NCBI GenBank assembly: GCA_951406725.2 | Contig: OX597815.1 | Location: forward strand, 155,992,001-156,056,000 | Direction: 5' to 3' | DNA: 64,000 nt | Source: Octopus vulgaris | Lineage: Eukaryota | In this document: positions 28,741-41,179 of the stretch, one piece after another | How positions within the stretch are numbered: position 1 is the stretch's first letter | Layout: each line of letters opens with the position of its first letter | Notes under the pieces: generated by a model | Told to the model about the DNA's origin: nothing | The model's input: the letters and a program-made list of their open reading frames with translations, nothing else | Databases searched by the model: none | Translations under genes and position numbers: made by a program

Positions 28741-28790
28741 TTTGTCAAAATATTTTCGTCGCTAAAATCCGCGACCTGTTCACTGACAAA
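28741..28790 (-). ncRNA. Mirror copy of the G3-C8 hammerhead-like fold
   Basis: Reverse complement of 33849-33898. Confidence 0.65.
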
Positions 28791-29750
28791 GTCCGTGCTG
28801 CATCTAAGAAAGTAACAGTTAGTTCGTCATATATATGTATGTACGTATGTATGTGTGTATGTATGCATACATGTGTGTATGTATGTACGTATTCATGTCC
28901 GCACATACGCCTGTGTATGCATGTATGTATGTATGTATATATGTATGTGTGTGTATAAGCACGCACATACACTCTATAAAACATAAAGTTATAAACCTGT
29001 AGCGATGGATGGATGTAGAGTGACCACTCATCACAACGCTATCAAATTTCAACTCCCTACGGCCGAGGCTAGAAAGTGAATTTATGACGCTTGCTCACAA
29101 GAACTATACCCTAAAATCTATTATCAGATTTCTATCTCTATATCACAGAACTAATGTTTTACTATTGTTCGTAAGTATGTATGTATGTGCGTATGTATGT
29201 ATGTATGTATGTATGTATGTATGTATGTATGTATGTATGTATGTACATACGTACGCATGTGCGTATGTATGTATACGCGCCCGTATGCATGTGCCCATGT
29301 ATGTGTGTGTGTACATGTACGTGCGTATGTACGTGTGTATGCCCATACGTAGGTATGTATGTATGTTTGTATTCATGTGCTACGTATGTATGTGAGTGTC
29401 TAGGAGAATGGGCAGATGTGTCCGTGAGAGTGTGTACATGTGTATGTGTATGTGAACGTATGTCCGTGTACTGGCATGTGTCCGTCCAAGTTGTGTACAT
29501 GACTGTTACTTAGCTGAAGGTTGTATACATATTTACATATATGTTTGTATAGACGCACACACATATATATATATGTGTGTGGGTGTGTGTTTGTTCCTCT
29601 CATCGTCGTCTAACCGTGAATGGGTACAACGCCTAGGTGCGACTGTTCGTATCAAACAACGTCTGCTCATACCGTTGTATATAACTGCACATACGCATTG
29701 CAACCTGTATGTAAGGACTACAGGTGAAAGGGAGAGAGAGAGAGGGGTGG

Positions 29751-31319
29751 TTATAGAATAGTCCTTCTGAATGGGATCTGGATGTTATTCCATTCGGACT
29801 TTCGGTTGAGAGTAGGTTTGTATTCTTGTATACAAACAGCTTCTGTGACCTGTCTCAACATTGCATCGGTGGGATGTGTAGATAGGATGTTCAACTTAAG
29901 CTCCCCTAAGGATCCCTTGTGGCAGTCTACAGCATGTTGGTAGAAGATGGAGTTTGGCTTCCTTTCAATGTAGTTGTCCAGGTGTTCTTTGAACCTATCA
30001 TTGATGCTTCTAGAGGTCTCACCTATGTATGACTCCGGGTTAGCCGCGCAAGCTCCCTCCTGGCACTTAATCTGGTATACAGTGCCCTTGGTTTTACAAT
30101 TTACGTGTGGATTTGTCGAACACACTGCACAATTACTCTGACAGGTGATTCTATCAAATGGATATGATCTGCATAATGCCGATTTGATAGTCCTACCTGT
30201 CTTTTCTACAACTTTAACTTTTAGGCCCGTAGTGCGCAGGACTTTCTTGAATGCCTTACTTAGCTCGTTCATAGGTGTGGCGTCAACGAACATCACTCCG
30301 TGAAATCTCCTGTTATCGTACCAAGTAACGTTTCTCATCTTTTTGTTGGTGTCCCTCTCTAACCTATTCCAGAACTTGTTGCGGTACAGGGGGCATATAC
30401 CGTTTTCGTCGTTCCCTAGAATGCGTTCGAATCTAGCTTTCGCTCCTTTGTACACCCTGACTCTATCATCTTGTGTGTATCCGGAACGTTGCATTCGGAA
30501 TATGTAGTGCTGGATGTGTTGTTGTCGTTCTTGTGGTTGGCATAGTGGTGATACATTCCTCATTACTCTAACTAAGTCTGCCACTAGGATGTTGAGTTTG
30601 GCAGTATCCGACACAGCTGAGTCACTACGGATTACTAGTGGATTAGCCATCGGTTTCTGATAGTGTGAGTGGAGTATACATGGTTTAATGGTACCATTAA
30701 CTATAGCGTCTTCCATCCATAGCTCAGTATCTAGGACGGGTAATCGTTTACTGGGGTGTCTAGAGGGGTAGTCTATGGTAAGTTTTATACTGCTGTGGAT
30801 AGAGTCAGCTATGTGTTGTATAGATGTCATCACCTGTTCTTCACTTGGTAGAGGGCCCATAACTGTGTCTGTATTACATTTCACAACAAGGTTAATGTCG
30901 TCGACGTAACGAGAGTACATAGCCAATTGGATGTTACGGTTTGCTAGGCACTGTTTAAAACGCTTGTCCCACCATACCATGAAGAGGTTAGCAACGTCAC
31001 CGGCGATCCCCACTCCAATAGCACCGCCTTTCGTTTGCTTATACAGTTTGTTGTCAAATTTAAAAATATGTGTTTTTAGCGTAAATCTCAGGCTGACACC
31101 GATGGCATGTGCGATGGTGGTTCTAATATCGTGTGCACTTGAGGGTGGGTAGTCCGGCTTTGTCCATCCCTGCCAACGCTCACAGTGAGTCTTCCTGTAA
31201 GCCGAGGTAATGGTAGGTGGTCTACCGCGTTTGTTACGGGTGGGACAAGCATATAGAAGGTTATTGCGCGACAGGTATTCATTGGTACACGTCAGGGCCA
31301 GGAAGAGCCCTAGTTCATA
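29751..31319 (-). CDS. PLE reverse transcriptase + GIY-YIG endonuclease, 5'-truncated, frame open from the palindrome axis to the stop (about 522 aa)
   Basis: YELGLFLAL...FKFDNKLYKQTKGGAIGVGIAGDVANLFM (RT motif B'), SRYVDDI (motif C), LPVLD, HYQKPM, Cys-rich linker CQSNCAVC, then GTVYQIKC...YIGETSR...RFKEH...RQVTEAVCI...LNRKSEW (GIY-YIG). Confidence 0.93.
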   Translation of the reverse strand, partial: YELGLFLALTCTNEYLSRNNLLYACPTRNKRGRPPTITSAYRKTHCERWQGWTKPDYPPSSAHDIRTTIAHAIGVSLRFTLKTHIFKFDNKLYKQTKGGAIGVGIAGDVANLFMVWWDKRFKQCLANRNIQLAMYSRYVDDINLVVKCNTDTVMGPLPSEEQVMTSIQHIADSIHSSIKLTIDYPSRHPSKRLPVLDTELWMEDAIVNGTIKPCILHSHYQKPMANPLVIRSDSAVSDTAKLNILVADLVRVMRNVSPLCQPQERQQHIQHYIFRMQRSGYTQDDRVRVYKGAKARFERILGNDENGICPLYRNKFWNRLERDTNKKMRNVTWYDNRRFHGVMFVDATPMNELSKAFKKVLRTTGLKVKVVEKTGRTIKSALCRSYPFDRITCQSNCAVCSTNPHVNCKTKGTVYQIKCQEGACAANPESYIGETSRSINDRFKEHLDNYIERKPNSIFYQHAVDCHKGSLGELKLNILSTHPTDAMLRQVTEAVCIQEYKPTLNRKSEWNNIQIPFRRTIL

Positions 31320-32888
31320 TATGAACTAGGGCTCTTCCTGGCCCTGACGTGTACCAATGAATACCTGTCGCGCAATAACCTTCTATATGCTTGTCCCACC
31401 CGTAACAAACGCGGTAGACCACCTACCATTACCTCGGCTTACAGGAAGACTCACTGTGAGCGTTGGCAGGGATGGACAAAGCCGGACTACCCACCCTCAA
31501 GTGCACACGATATTAGAACCACCATCGCACATGCCATCGGTGTCAGCCTGAGATTTACGCTAAAAACACATATTTTTAAATTTGACAACAAACTGTATAA
31601 GCAAACGAAAGGCGGTGCTATTGGAGTGGGGATCGCCGGTGACGTTGCTAACCTCTTCATGGTATGGTGGGACAAGCGTTTTAAACAGTGCCTAGCAAAC
31701 CGTAACATCCCAATTGGCTATGTACTCTCGTTACGTCGACGACATTAACCTTGTTGTGAAATGTAATACAGACACAGTTATGGGCCCTCTACCAAGTGAA
31801 GAACAGGTGATGACATCTATACAACACATAGCTGACTCTATCCACAGCAGTATAAAACTTACCATAGACTACCCCTCTAGACACCCCAGTAAACGATTAC
31901 CCGTCCTAGATACTGAGCTATGGATGGAAGACGCTATAGTTAATGGTACCATTAAACCATGTATACTCCACTCACACTATCAGAAACCGATGGCTAATCC
32001 ACTAGTAATCCGTAGTGACTCAGCTGTGTCGGATACTGCCAAACTCAACATCCTAGTGGCAGACTTAGTTAGAGTAATGAGGAATGTATCACCACTATGC
32101 CAACCACAAGAACGACAACAACACATCCAGCACTACATATTCCGAATGCAACGTTCCGGATACACACAAGATGATAGAGTCAGGGTGTACAAAGGAGCGA
32201 AAGCTAGATTCGAACGCATTCTAGGGAACGACGAAAACGGTATATGCCCCCTGTACCGCAACAAGTTCTGGAATAGGTTAGAGAGGGACACCAACAAAAA
32301 GATGAGAAACGTTACTTGGTACGATAACAGGAGATTTCACGGAGTGATGTTCGTTGACGCCACACCTATGAACGAGCTAAGTAAGGCATTCAAGAAAGTC
32401 CTGCGCACTACGGGCCTAAAAGTTAAAGTTGTAGAAAAGACAGGTAGGACTATCAAATCGGCATTATGCAGATCATATCCATTTGATAGAATCACCTGTC
32501 AGAGTAATTGTGCAGTGTGTTCGACAAATCCACACGTAAATTGTAAAACCAAGGGCACTGTATACCAGATTAAGTGCCAGGAGGGAGCTTGCGCGCTAAC
32601 CCGGAGTCATACATAGGTGAGACCTCTAGAAGCATCAATGATAGGTTCAAAGAACACCTGGACAACTACATTGAAAGGAAGCCAAACTCCATCTTCTACC
32701 AACATGCTGTAGACTGCCACAAGGGATCCTTAGGGGAGCTTAAGTTGAACATCCTATCTACACATCCCACCGATGCAATGTTGAGACAGGTCACAGAAGC
32801 TGTTTGTATACAAGAATACAAACCTACTCTCAACCGAAAGTCCGAATGGAATAACATCCAGATCCCATTCAGAAGGACTATTCTATAA
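31320..32888 (+). pseudogene. Mirror copy of the PLE RT/GIY-YIG ORF with two frameshifts
   Basis: Same protein as the left arm, with +1 C near 31710 (aacatcccaattgg vs aacatccaattgg) and -1 G near 32595 (gcgcgctaacc vs gcgcggctaacc). This gives the split ORFs 31714-32616 and 32574-32888. Confidence 0.9.
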
Positions 32889-33848
32889 CCACCCCTCTCT
32901 CTCTCTCCCTTTCACCTGTAGTCCTTACATACAGGTTGCAATGCGTATGTGCAGTTATATACAACGGTATGAGCAGACGTTGTTTGATACGAACAGTCGC
33001 ACCTAGGCGTTGTACCCATTCACGGTTAGACGACGATGAGAGGAACAAACACACACCCACACACATATATATATATGTGTGTGCGTCTATACAAACATAT
33101 ATGTAAATATGTATACAACCTTCAGCTAAGTAACAGTCATGTACACAACTTGGACGGACACATGCCAGTACACGGACATACGTTCACATACACATACACA
33201 TGTACACACTCTCACGGACACATCTGCCCATTCTCCTAGACACTCACATACATACGTAGCACATGAATACAAACATACATACATACCTACGTATGGGCAT
33301 ACACACGTACATACGCACGTACATGTACACACACACATACATGGGCACATGCATACAGGCGCGTATACATACATACGCACATGCGTACGTATGTACATAC
33401 ATACATACATACATACATACATACATACATACATACATACATACATACGCACATACATACATACTTACGAACAATAGTAAAACATTAGTTCTGTGATATA
33501 GAGATAGAAATCTGATAATAGATTTTAGGGTATAGTTCTTGTGAGCAAGCGTCATAAATTCACTTTCTAGCCTCGGCCGTAGGGAGTTGAAATTTGATAG
33601 CGTTGTGATGAGTGGTCACTCTACATCCATCCATCGCTACAGGTTTATAACTTTATGTTTTATAGAGTGTATGTGCGTGCTTATACACACACATACATAT
33701 ATACATACATACATACATGCATACACAGGCGTATGTGCGGACATGAATACGTACATACATACACACATGTATGCATACATACACACATACATACGTACAT
33801 ACATATATATGACGAACTAACTGTTACTTTCTTAGATGCAGCACGGAC

Positions 33849-33898
33849 TTTGTCAGTGAACAGGTCGCGGATTTTAGCGACGAAAATATTTTGACAAA
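33849..33898 (+). ncRNA. Minimal type-I hammerhead-like fold with variant G3-C8 core in the PLE 3' pLTR
   Basis: Stem I tttgtca/tgacaaa; core GTGAACA; extra G; stem II gtcgc/gcgac; GAA; palindromic stem III AATATT; UUU triplet. Confidence 0.65.
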
Positions 33899-34079
33899 TT
33901 AAACTTAAATGTTGGAGTGAATCGAACGGCTTTTGTGTGTTTCTTAAATGGCTTATAAACACCTCCCACGCTGCAATTGTTTTCGTTTCAGCACACGATC
34001 TCAGATCAAATTACTTGCTATGCGAGTACATCTCCGTAATATATATATATATATATACATATACGACGGGTTTCTTCCA

Positions 34080-35053
34080 GTTTCGGCTGGGGGTTTGGGT
34101 AGATTGGGGTTTGTGTGTAGGCAGAGGGTGGGGGTAGAGGTGGGGTATGTGGGGGAGGGTGGGGGATAGGATGGGGAGATGGGAAGGATAGGAAGGTGGA
34201 GTAGGGATGTGTAGGGGAGGGTGGGTTTATGAGGGGAAGGGAAGGTGAGTATGTGAGGAGAGAGAGGAGTAGAGAAGTGAGAAAGAGAATAAGAGAGGAG
34301 AGAGAAAGACAGTAAGAGAGAAGAGAGAAGAGAGAAGAGAGAAAGAGAGAAGAGAGTAAGAGAGTAAGAGGGAAGAGGGAAGGAGGGGAGAGAGAGAAAG
34401 CGAGTAAGAGAGAAGAGGGAAAGAGAGTAGGCGTGAAGGGAAGTCGCAGTGAAGATAAGTAGGAGTGAAGAGAAGTAGGAGTCGGGGCAAGACTACCACT
34501 ACGTTCTCAAAATTTCATTCACATCACAAGACCCTTTTGAATGAACAGCACATGGAATCTACGTCTCCACACTGATGACAAAATATGATCTCATATTGGA
34601 ATTTACATACTACGAACAGGAAACATTTGTACCACTTCTACACACCTCTTTCCTTGGATAATGAAACTGCATCTATAACATCTTTATACATTTTTATTTT
34701 TATTCTACATTCATCCTCCTATTTCCCTATATACTCCTTATTTGCTTCCTTTTCCAAATTAACTCCTTATATTGGATTCTAATATTTCCTTCTATTTAAC
34801 CATTTCACATCGTCTCTGACGAAAGGACATCCCTAATATCCCAGAAACAGCTGTAAAACTAACTTTCTCTTTATAAATGACCTGGAAATTCCACACCATT
34901 TTGGGTTTGTTGTCTCATTTCATTTACCTGCTCATACACGACCCACATTAGACTCCTCACTCGTATCATTATCGTACCGAGAGTTTAACTGCGGTCCTTC
35001 CATAGCACTTACATAGCGTTACCTGCCACCTTGGGTTTTCTGGATACATAAGC

Positions 35054-35055
<2 letters not shown>
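34080..35055. mobile_element. Degraded PLE remnant (purine-rich segment plus pLTR-like end)
   Basis: G/GA-rich segment 34100-34500 resembles 40300-40500 of the other PLE remnant and is followed by a hammerhead-bearing end and (TA)n. Confidence 0.5.
34812..34860 (+). ncRNA. Degenerate hammerhead in a PLE 3' remnant
   Basis: gtct CTGACGA aaggacat...atccca GAAA cagctg TA aaact. Palindromic stem III; stems I and II partly decayed. Confidence 0.5.
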
Positions 35056-35104
<49 letters not shown>

Positions 35105-35118
<14 letters not shown>

Positions 35119-35360
35119 GAAAGAATGGAGTCGAACGACGATTTAACAAAATTTTAGATGACTGCCCGTGTGGGCAGTCATCTAAAAATTTTTGTTCGTC
35201 ATGATGCTGACATAAGTTCCTTGTCTTTCCTGATGAGAAGGCGGCATAATGCACCCCTTATTCCTTCGGAATTAGGAATATGCAGTCTTCGAAACATATG
35301 TCGAGAATAAAGGAATTTTGTTAAATCGTCGTTCGACTCCATTCTTTCATTTATTTATAT
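35105..35360. mobile_element. Fold-back PLE terminus next to (TA)n
   Basis: Arms ataaataaatgaaagaatggagtcgaacgacgatttaacaaaatt (about 35105-35154) and its reverse complement (about 35314-35360). Internal small hairpin tagatgactgccc/gggcagtcatcta. Confidence 0.8.
35217..35315 (+). ncRNA. Type-I hammerhead ribozyme fold
   Basis: ttccttgtctttc CTGATGA gaaggc...gtcttc GAAA catatg TC gagaataaaggaa. Palindromic stem III, GUC triplet, stem I with internal loop. Confidence 0.8.
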
Positions 35361-35500
35361 TAAAAAAAACACACAAATTTCCACACGAAAGCACGTGATC
35401 TCTGCCCTTGGCATGTAGCTTCAACCGTGTTTTCTGACGTGAATTTGCTACCCAGGTATCGGTTAACCGAATTATCCATACTAGGAATTAGCCAACTACT

Positions 35501-35536
<36 letters not shown>

Positions 35537-35540
<4 letters not shown>

Positions 35541-35710
35541 CACAGGAATGACTGTGTGGTAAGAAGATTGCATCCCAACCGCATGGTTCGAGGTTCAGTC
35601 TCACTGCCTAGCACCTTGGGCAAGTGTCTTCTACTATAGCTTCAGACTGACTAAAGCTTTATGAGTGGATTTGGTAGACGGACGGAAACTGAAGGAATAA
35701 TCCCGTCGTG
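35537..35710 (+). mobile_element. SINE family A 5' half
   Basis: aggaatgactgtgtggtaag...ggttcagtctcactg...gtggatttggtagacgg. Confidence 0.8.
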
Positions 35711-36959
35711 CGTATATATATATATATATATATACGTATACACACACACACACATACATATATATATATACATACATACACACACGCACACACACATATA
35801 TATATAAATCTATTTTATTATTACATTTACAATGCTTACCTTCCAGTTTTAAAGTTACTACTCCAAAATTGTTTTAATCGTTGATAAGAGAATAATTACG
35901 CATGAATATTCTAACAGTACTCAATTTTATGTATGCTGGGAAAATCATATTATAGAAAACTATATATTTAAAAATACTTTGAAATTAAACAGATAACGAG
36001 TCTTAGGATATTTTGATGATAAGTAACACAGTATGTTTTTGTTAATTCATAGATTTTTCTCAGATGTTTTAGTGATCGATACAAGTGTCACAAATACTCT
36101 GGAAAATAGGTAATGTAAATATTTTCTCAGCAGAGAAGCTTATATTCCTGGAATCATTAAATCAATAATGTGTTAAATCAAGAAATAAATGGATATTGCA
36201 AAAGTTTTTCACGATATTCGCTGTCGACCACGTAATAGAAATGGAATAGTTTAAGGAACTCGATTTCATTATAGCTAACCGTATATTGCTGCTAGTAGTG
36301 AATAGCTTATATAAATAATTCCTACACAAATAAACAGCTAACATTGCGAAATCATTGTTCGTTATTAGAATAATATTTCCATCATAATATCAGCTTTCAG
36401 GACGAATAAAGAGTCGTCAATATTTGGCACACAGTACACTTATGACGAATACACAAATCAGATATTAATCAATCAGTATTTGTATGTTTCATACAAGTTA
36501 ATGTTAATTGCTTCAGTTTTTTTTAATCAGACATACCCATCAATCAATAATAATTAATATTGTAAATCTATAAAATATTGGTCTTTTATGAAGTTACTCT
36601 GCGTTACATGCAGCGTTGTAGCTTCGGCATGACCCTGTGTCTACTAGTAAACCCTTTAACTGAATACGAGCGCCACGATGCAAACTTCCAAAAATGTCAT
36701 CTTAAACCAGTATTTTATCCACTGTTAGGAGACTAAAAACAAGTAACTCTAAAACTGTTGAACATGAACAAAAATAATAGTATTTGTCTGTTATCATTCT
36801 GTGGTTTACTGCACTTTCTGTTGATAAATAAATACTGAATATTTTTGGAATAAATAATTCAGTTATTTACACCTTATCTTAGAAGCATAATAATAATTAT
36901 TGATATTAAGATACTGTTTATGACTATTAAAGAATAGTGTAAGAGATAAAAACCAATCC

Positions 36960-37160
36960 TATTTTATCTTTTACTTGTTTCAGTCATTAGACTACAACCA
37001 GGCTGGGACATCGCTTTAATTGCTTTAGTCGAATAAATCGACCTCAGTATTTATTCTACAACATCCTGGTACTTATTCTATCAGTGCCTTCTGTCGAACT
37101 GCAAAATTATGGGGATGTAAACGAACCAACACCCGTTGTCAGGCCATGGTGGAGGGAGAC
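36960..37160 (-). mobile_element. SINE family A 3' half, diverged
   Basis: ttttacttgtttcagtcattagact...tacttattctatcag. Confidence 0.7.
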
Positions 37161-39740
37161 ACACACAGACCCAAATACTCACACAACGAGTCACCGGGAG
37201 TTGAAGCTGCGGCCCTACGACTGTGAGCCGAAACCCTAAACGCTATTCTACGCACCTTAATACACATACATACATACATACATAATACATACATACATAC
37301 ATACATACATACATACATACATACATTAATACATACATATACGCTTGTTTACATAAGATACCGGGCTGTGGCCATATATCCAAATTTATATCAGATTAAA
37401 TTTACCTTTAAAAGATCTCTATAGACACAATATTAATGAAGTGTTTTCACTAAGGAATGGAAGTTTTTACAGCGATATTTATTTTCTCTTAGATCACCGA
37501 GGTTATGCACAATCATATCAAGATAATATGTAGCTGATATTTTCATATGTAAATGGCGTCAGATAATTTTCCTCCTGGATATATTATAAACACAGGTATA
37601 CTAATGTTAACCTCTTAGCCTCATTCGTCTCTTAGCTGGTGAGATTGAAGCGAGAATAAACTATTTCACTAAAGAAAAAAATAATGGAAAGTGCAATATG
37701 AACTCGTGACCCATGTGTCAGTCTTTTGATGTTGATGTTAACTCATCGACACAGTTATGACGTCTCTGAGTGCAAAAAATACACCCCTCTTTGTTCAGTG
37801 GAAATAAATATTCCCACTATTCTGGCAGGAAGAAGCAGCATGCAAAGTTATTTTGAAGACATCCAATGACATGATGCAAACAGCTATAGTCAGATCGATA
37901 AATGTCATATATCGATCGCTTTCTGGCGTTTTCCAAAACTTATAGCCGACTATGAACTACATCCATTATACCATACCCTGATCTAGAACGGGCCTAAGAG
38001 GATTCTATTGATCATGTTGTAAACGCCGCAGGTTATCTTTTTTGCTACCGATAAAAGGGTTATTTTCCTGTAGTTGCCATAGCTTGCTTTTTATATTTAT
38101 TTTTCCAAATACATTAAGTTCACAATCTGTTGAACTGAATGATGACAACATCGAACAGCTATGCAATTACATGATCATTAACATATCTCTTGTTTCAATA
38201 TGGCAACTTGCCATGTAAGATAGGGCTTACAGTATATTTGCACTAATAAACTATTCAATTGTTATACAAGGCGGAACAGGTAGCTTTTATTTAAGAAGTT
38301 GTTTGTTTATAAGATAAAGCAGTAAATTGGCAGTGTCTTTTGTTGGTCGGATAGAAAGAATGCCTTGCGGTATTTGTGCCGGTTGTCTGCACACTGAGTT
38401 CAAATTCCACAGAAGACAACTTTGCTTTTCATTCCTTCAGATTTGATAACTATACTCTCTCTCTCTGTCACCTCTCTCCCCCTCCCCCTCTCTCCTCATC
38501 GACTCAGCAATGTTTTGTGGTGAGAAACGACGTGAATGATCGTTCTCTGAAAATAGAGACGAGTAATGGGGGTGGGTTAGCAACCTCGTCTCATAGAAGA
38601 GAACAATTCATTTCTACTTGAACTGTCGATAAGATTCCATGAATAAATATTTCCATTTATAAAGTATGTCCGGATAATATCTTGGACAATGCCATCTATG
38701 TATTTGGACATATAAACACTTCACCAACAACCCAGTGAATACTAGCGCCTGGATGCGAACTTTCTAGATTTTAATCATAGAGCTACATTTTATGTACTTG
38801 AAATGTTCAGAGACTATTAATGTATATAAAAACAAATAATTATAAATTAGGATCTAACAAATAATTAGAAATTAGGAACATTCCCCGTCTTTATTACCTC
38901 ACCAAGCAGTACAGCTCAGAAAGAAAATAATGATCAAGAAGCTTATAAGATACATAAAATTTGACCACTTTCATGTGAAGCGTCATGATTTGAAAGCTAT
39001 AAGTTACTACTCACTACACAAAAAGCATTAAAAAAACTGGAATTTTCAATTCACGATTCTTTATGTATTTTTAATTATTTATAAAGTAATAAATATTACA
39101 CTAAAAACTCGTGGCTCGTGGTGTAGCCAACCAATGTTTTTACGTTTTTGCAACAAGGTGAAAATACATACACATAAAAAATATATTACTTTACGTTTCT
39201 AATTATGTAGTGCAATGTATTATTAGTTGATTAATTAATTAATTGAACATGTTTGCATACACCGTTAGGCAAATTAAGAGGAGGAGTTCGAGCTTGTACT
39301 CATGCTTCCTCTGATAAACGACTAAGAAGATAAAAACAAAAAAGTTCAGACGCATTCCACTCTTTCTTCCCACGCAGACCAAAAGCAAAATATAAATAAA
39401 AACTGATATAACAATTTAGTTTACTTTTCATAGAGAGGCTGTAATTGTCTTTATCAAAATCATGTACATTTCCAAGGCACTCTGACATAGGTGCGTGTGT
39501 AGAGAATATCGTTGATGTCGGTGCATGGTGGAGAGAGATTTATAGGAACATTCGTTTGAGTGTGCGTACACATATTTCAGCACTTTCGTTATCAACAAAA
39601 TTAAAGAATCATAGTAAATTAAATGGTAGATAAACTAACAACTGCTCAGGGTGAAGTTGAGGCAACCTCGAAAGTAAGATAAATTGGATTTTGTCTCAGA
39701 ATGTAACAGTTTAGTACATGTTTTCGTGTTCATATATCTA

Positions 39741-39810
<70 letters not shown>

Positions 39811-39849
39811 GTAGGTGAGTGTGTGTGTGTATACTTGAAATTTTCAGAA

Positions 39850-41090
39850 AAACAAAGACAGATGTACGAATAGCAAGCAGGTGTATTAGTTTGTTGCTCA
39901 GGAAGGTGAGAAAGTCTTTTCTGTTTCGAGTCTACGCTCTTCAACAGAAAGGGACCTGAGGAAATAAACAGAGGGAGAATAAAGAGAAAGGTTTTAGAGT
40001 TAACGGTCAATGATGGCAACTGGATAGACAGAGGTATTTAAACAGGAGAGCTAGGAGGAAGGGAAGATAATAAAGTTTTGGTGATCCCAAAATGAAGGTG
40101 CGTATGCATGTATGTGAGAGTGTGTAAGTCTGTGCGTATGGATAGAAGCTGGTGATTTGAAGTGTGGATGTGTGGATGTGTAAGTGTGTGAGTCTGTAAT
40201 GTGATGGTATAGATGCTGGAAAGTGGTCAGTGCTAGTGTGTTTGGGTGGTGTGATGTGGTGTGGTGTGATGGTGTTGGGGTGTGGGGATGTGAGGATAGG
40301 GTGTGGGTTAGGGGTGAGGATCTGGGGGTAGTGGTAGGGTATATGAGAGTAGGGGATGGGTATGTGGGAGTGGGATATGTGGGGGAGGGGTGGATGGAAG
40401 GAGTATCACTGAAGGGAGTAGCTGGGCAGGCGTGAAGAGAGGAAGTAGGAGTCAGCTGAAGAGAGGAGAGGAGGGGAGTCAGATGAAGAGGGGAGGGGAG
40501 TTGGCCCAAACGGCGCAAAGGACCGAAGAGAGAAGATTAATTCTTGTTCACGGCGAAGGCGGGAATCCAGATGGACCCTGTGCAACAACAATCCGAACAT
40601 AGAGAGGTGTTGTAATGAATGACTGGTAGAGCGGAGATGGCGCGATACCAGCAGCGTGAGCGGGAGCAGGGGAACGAAGCAGGTTGGGAAATGGGGTTAA
40701 GGAAGAAACTGTAGACTAGGAGTTCACGTAGGTTGTGGGCTCGTTTGAAAGAGGGGAGAATTTGAAGGCAGTATTGAAGGATTGGACAAAAGAGAGGAAG
40801 GAGTCTAGTTGTTCGTGAGAGAGCGAAGTCGCACCGATAGTATCATCAGTATAACGACCGTATATTTCGGGAGTCGATTCAGTGAATCTTGCAAATATTT
40901 TTGCCTCAACGTAGCCAACGAACAGGTACGCATAATTAGGGCCCATTCTCGTTCCTATGGCCAACCTGAGAGCTGTTGGTAAAGCTCCCCCGCGAACGAG
41001 AAGCAGTTGGGGGAGAGAACAAATTCGGCCAGAAGTGTGGACGTATCAGCCTGAGGGTTGGGTCGAAGGTCAAGGAAGTGTTTGAGACTT
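39850..41090 (-). mobile_element. Degraded Penelope-like element of a second family (RT fragment + pLTR)
   Basis: ORF 40716-40964 reads MAIGTRMGPNYAYLFVGYVE...YGRYTDDTIG (PLE RT motifs B' and C). Decayed hammerhead at 39914-39952 on minus (cttt CTGTTGA agagcgtagactc GAAA). Confidence 0.8.
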
Positions 41091-41179
41091 ATTTTATATA
41101 TATATATATACACATATATATATATAAAAGTCAAGACAACTCTTAGCTACGATACTTTCTCAGCCTCTCTCTCTTTATA

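Larger units (their letters stand above)
28659..33980. mobile_element. Giant palindrome of two divergently oriented 5'-truncated Penelope-like elements (PLE), arms about 2.66 kb, no spacer
   Basis: Axis at 31319/31320 (ctagttcata|tatgaactag). Mirror ORF coordinates sum to 62639 (29751+32888, 28677+33962). The arms end at caattgcagcgtgggagg / cctcccacgctgcaattg. Confidence 0.97.

Noticed and set aside
32889-33840. SECIS element or selenoprotein PLE
   Set aside because: No in-frame TGA in the intact arm and no convincing SECIS core seen. The hairpin at about 33557-33597 lacks AUGA.
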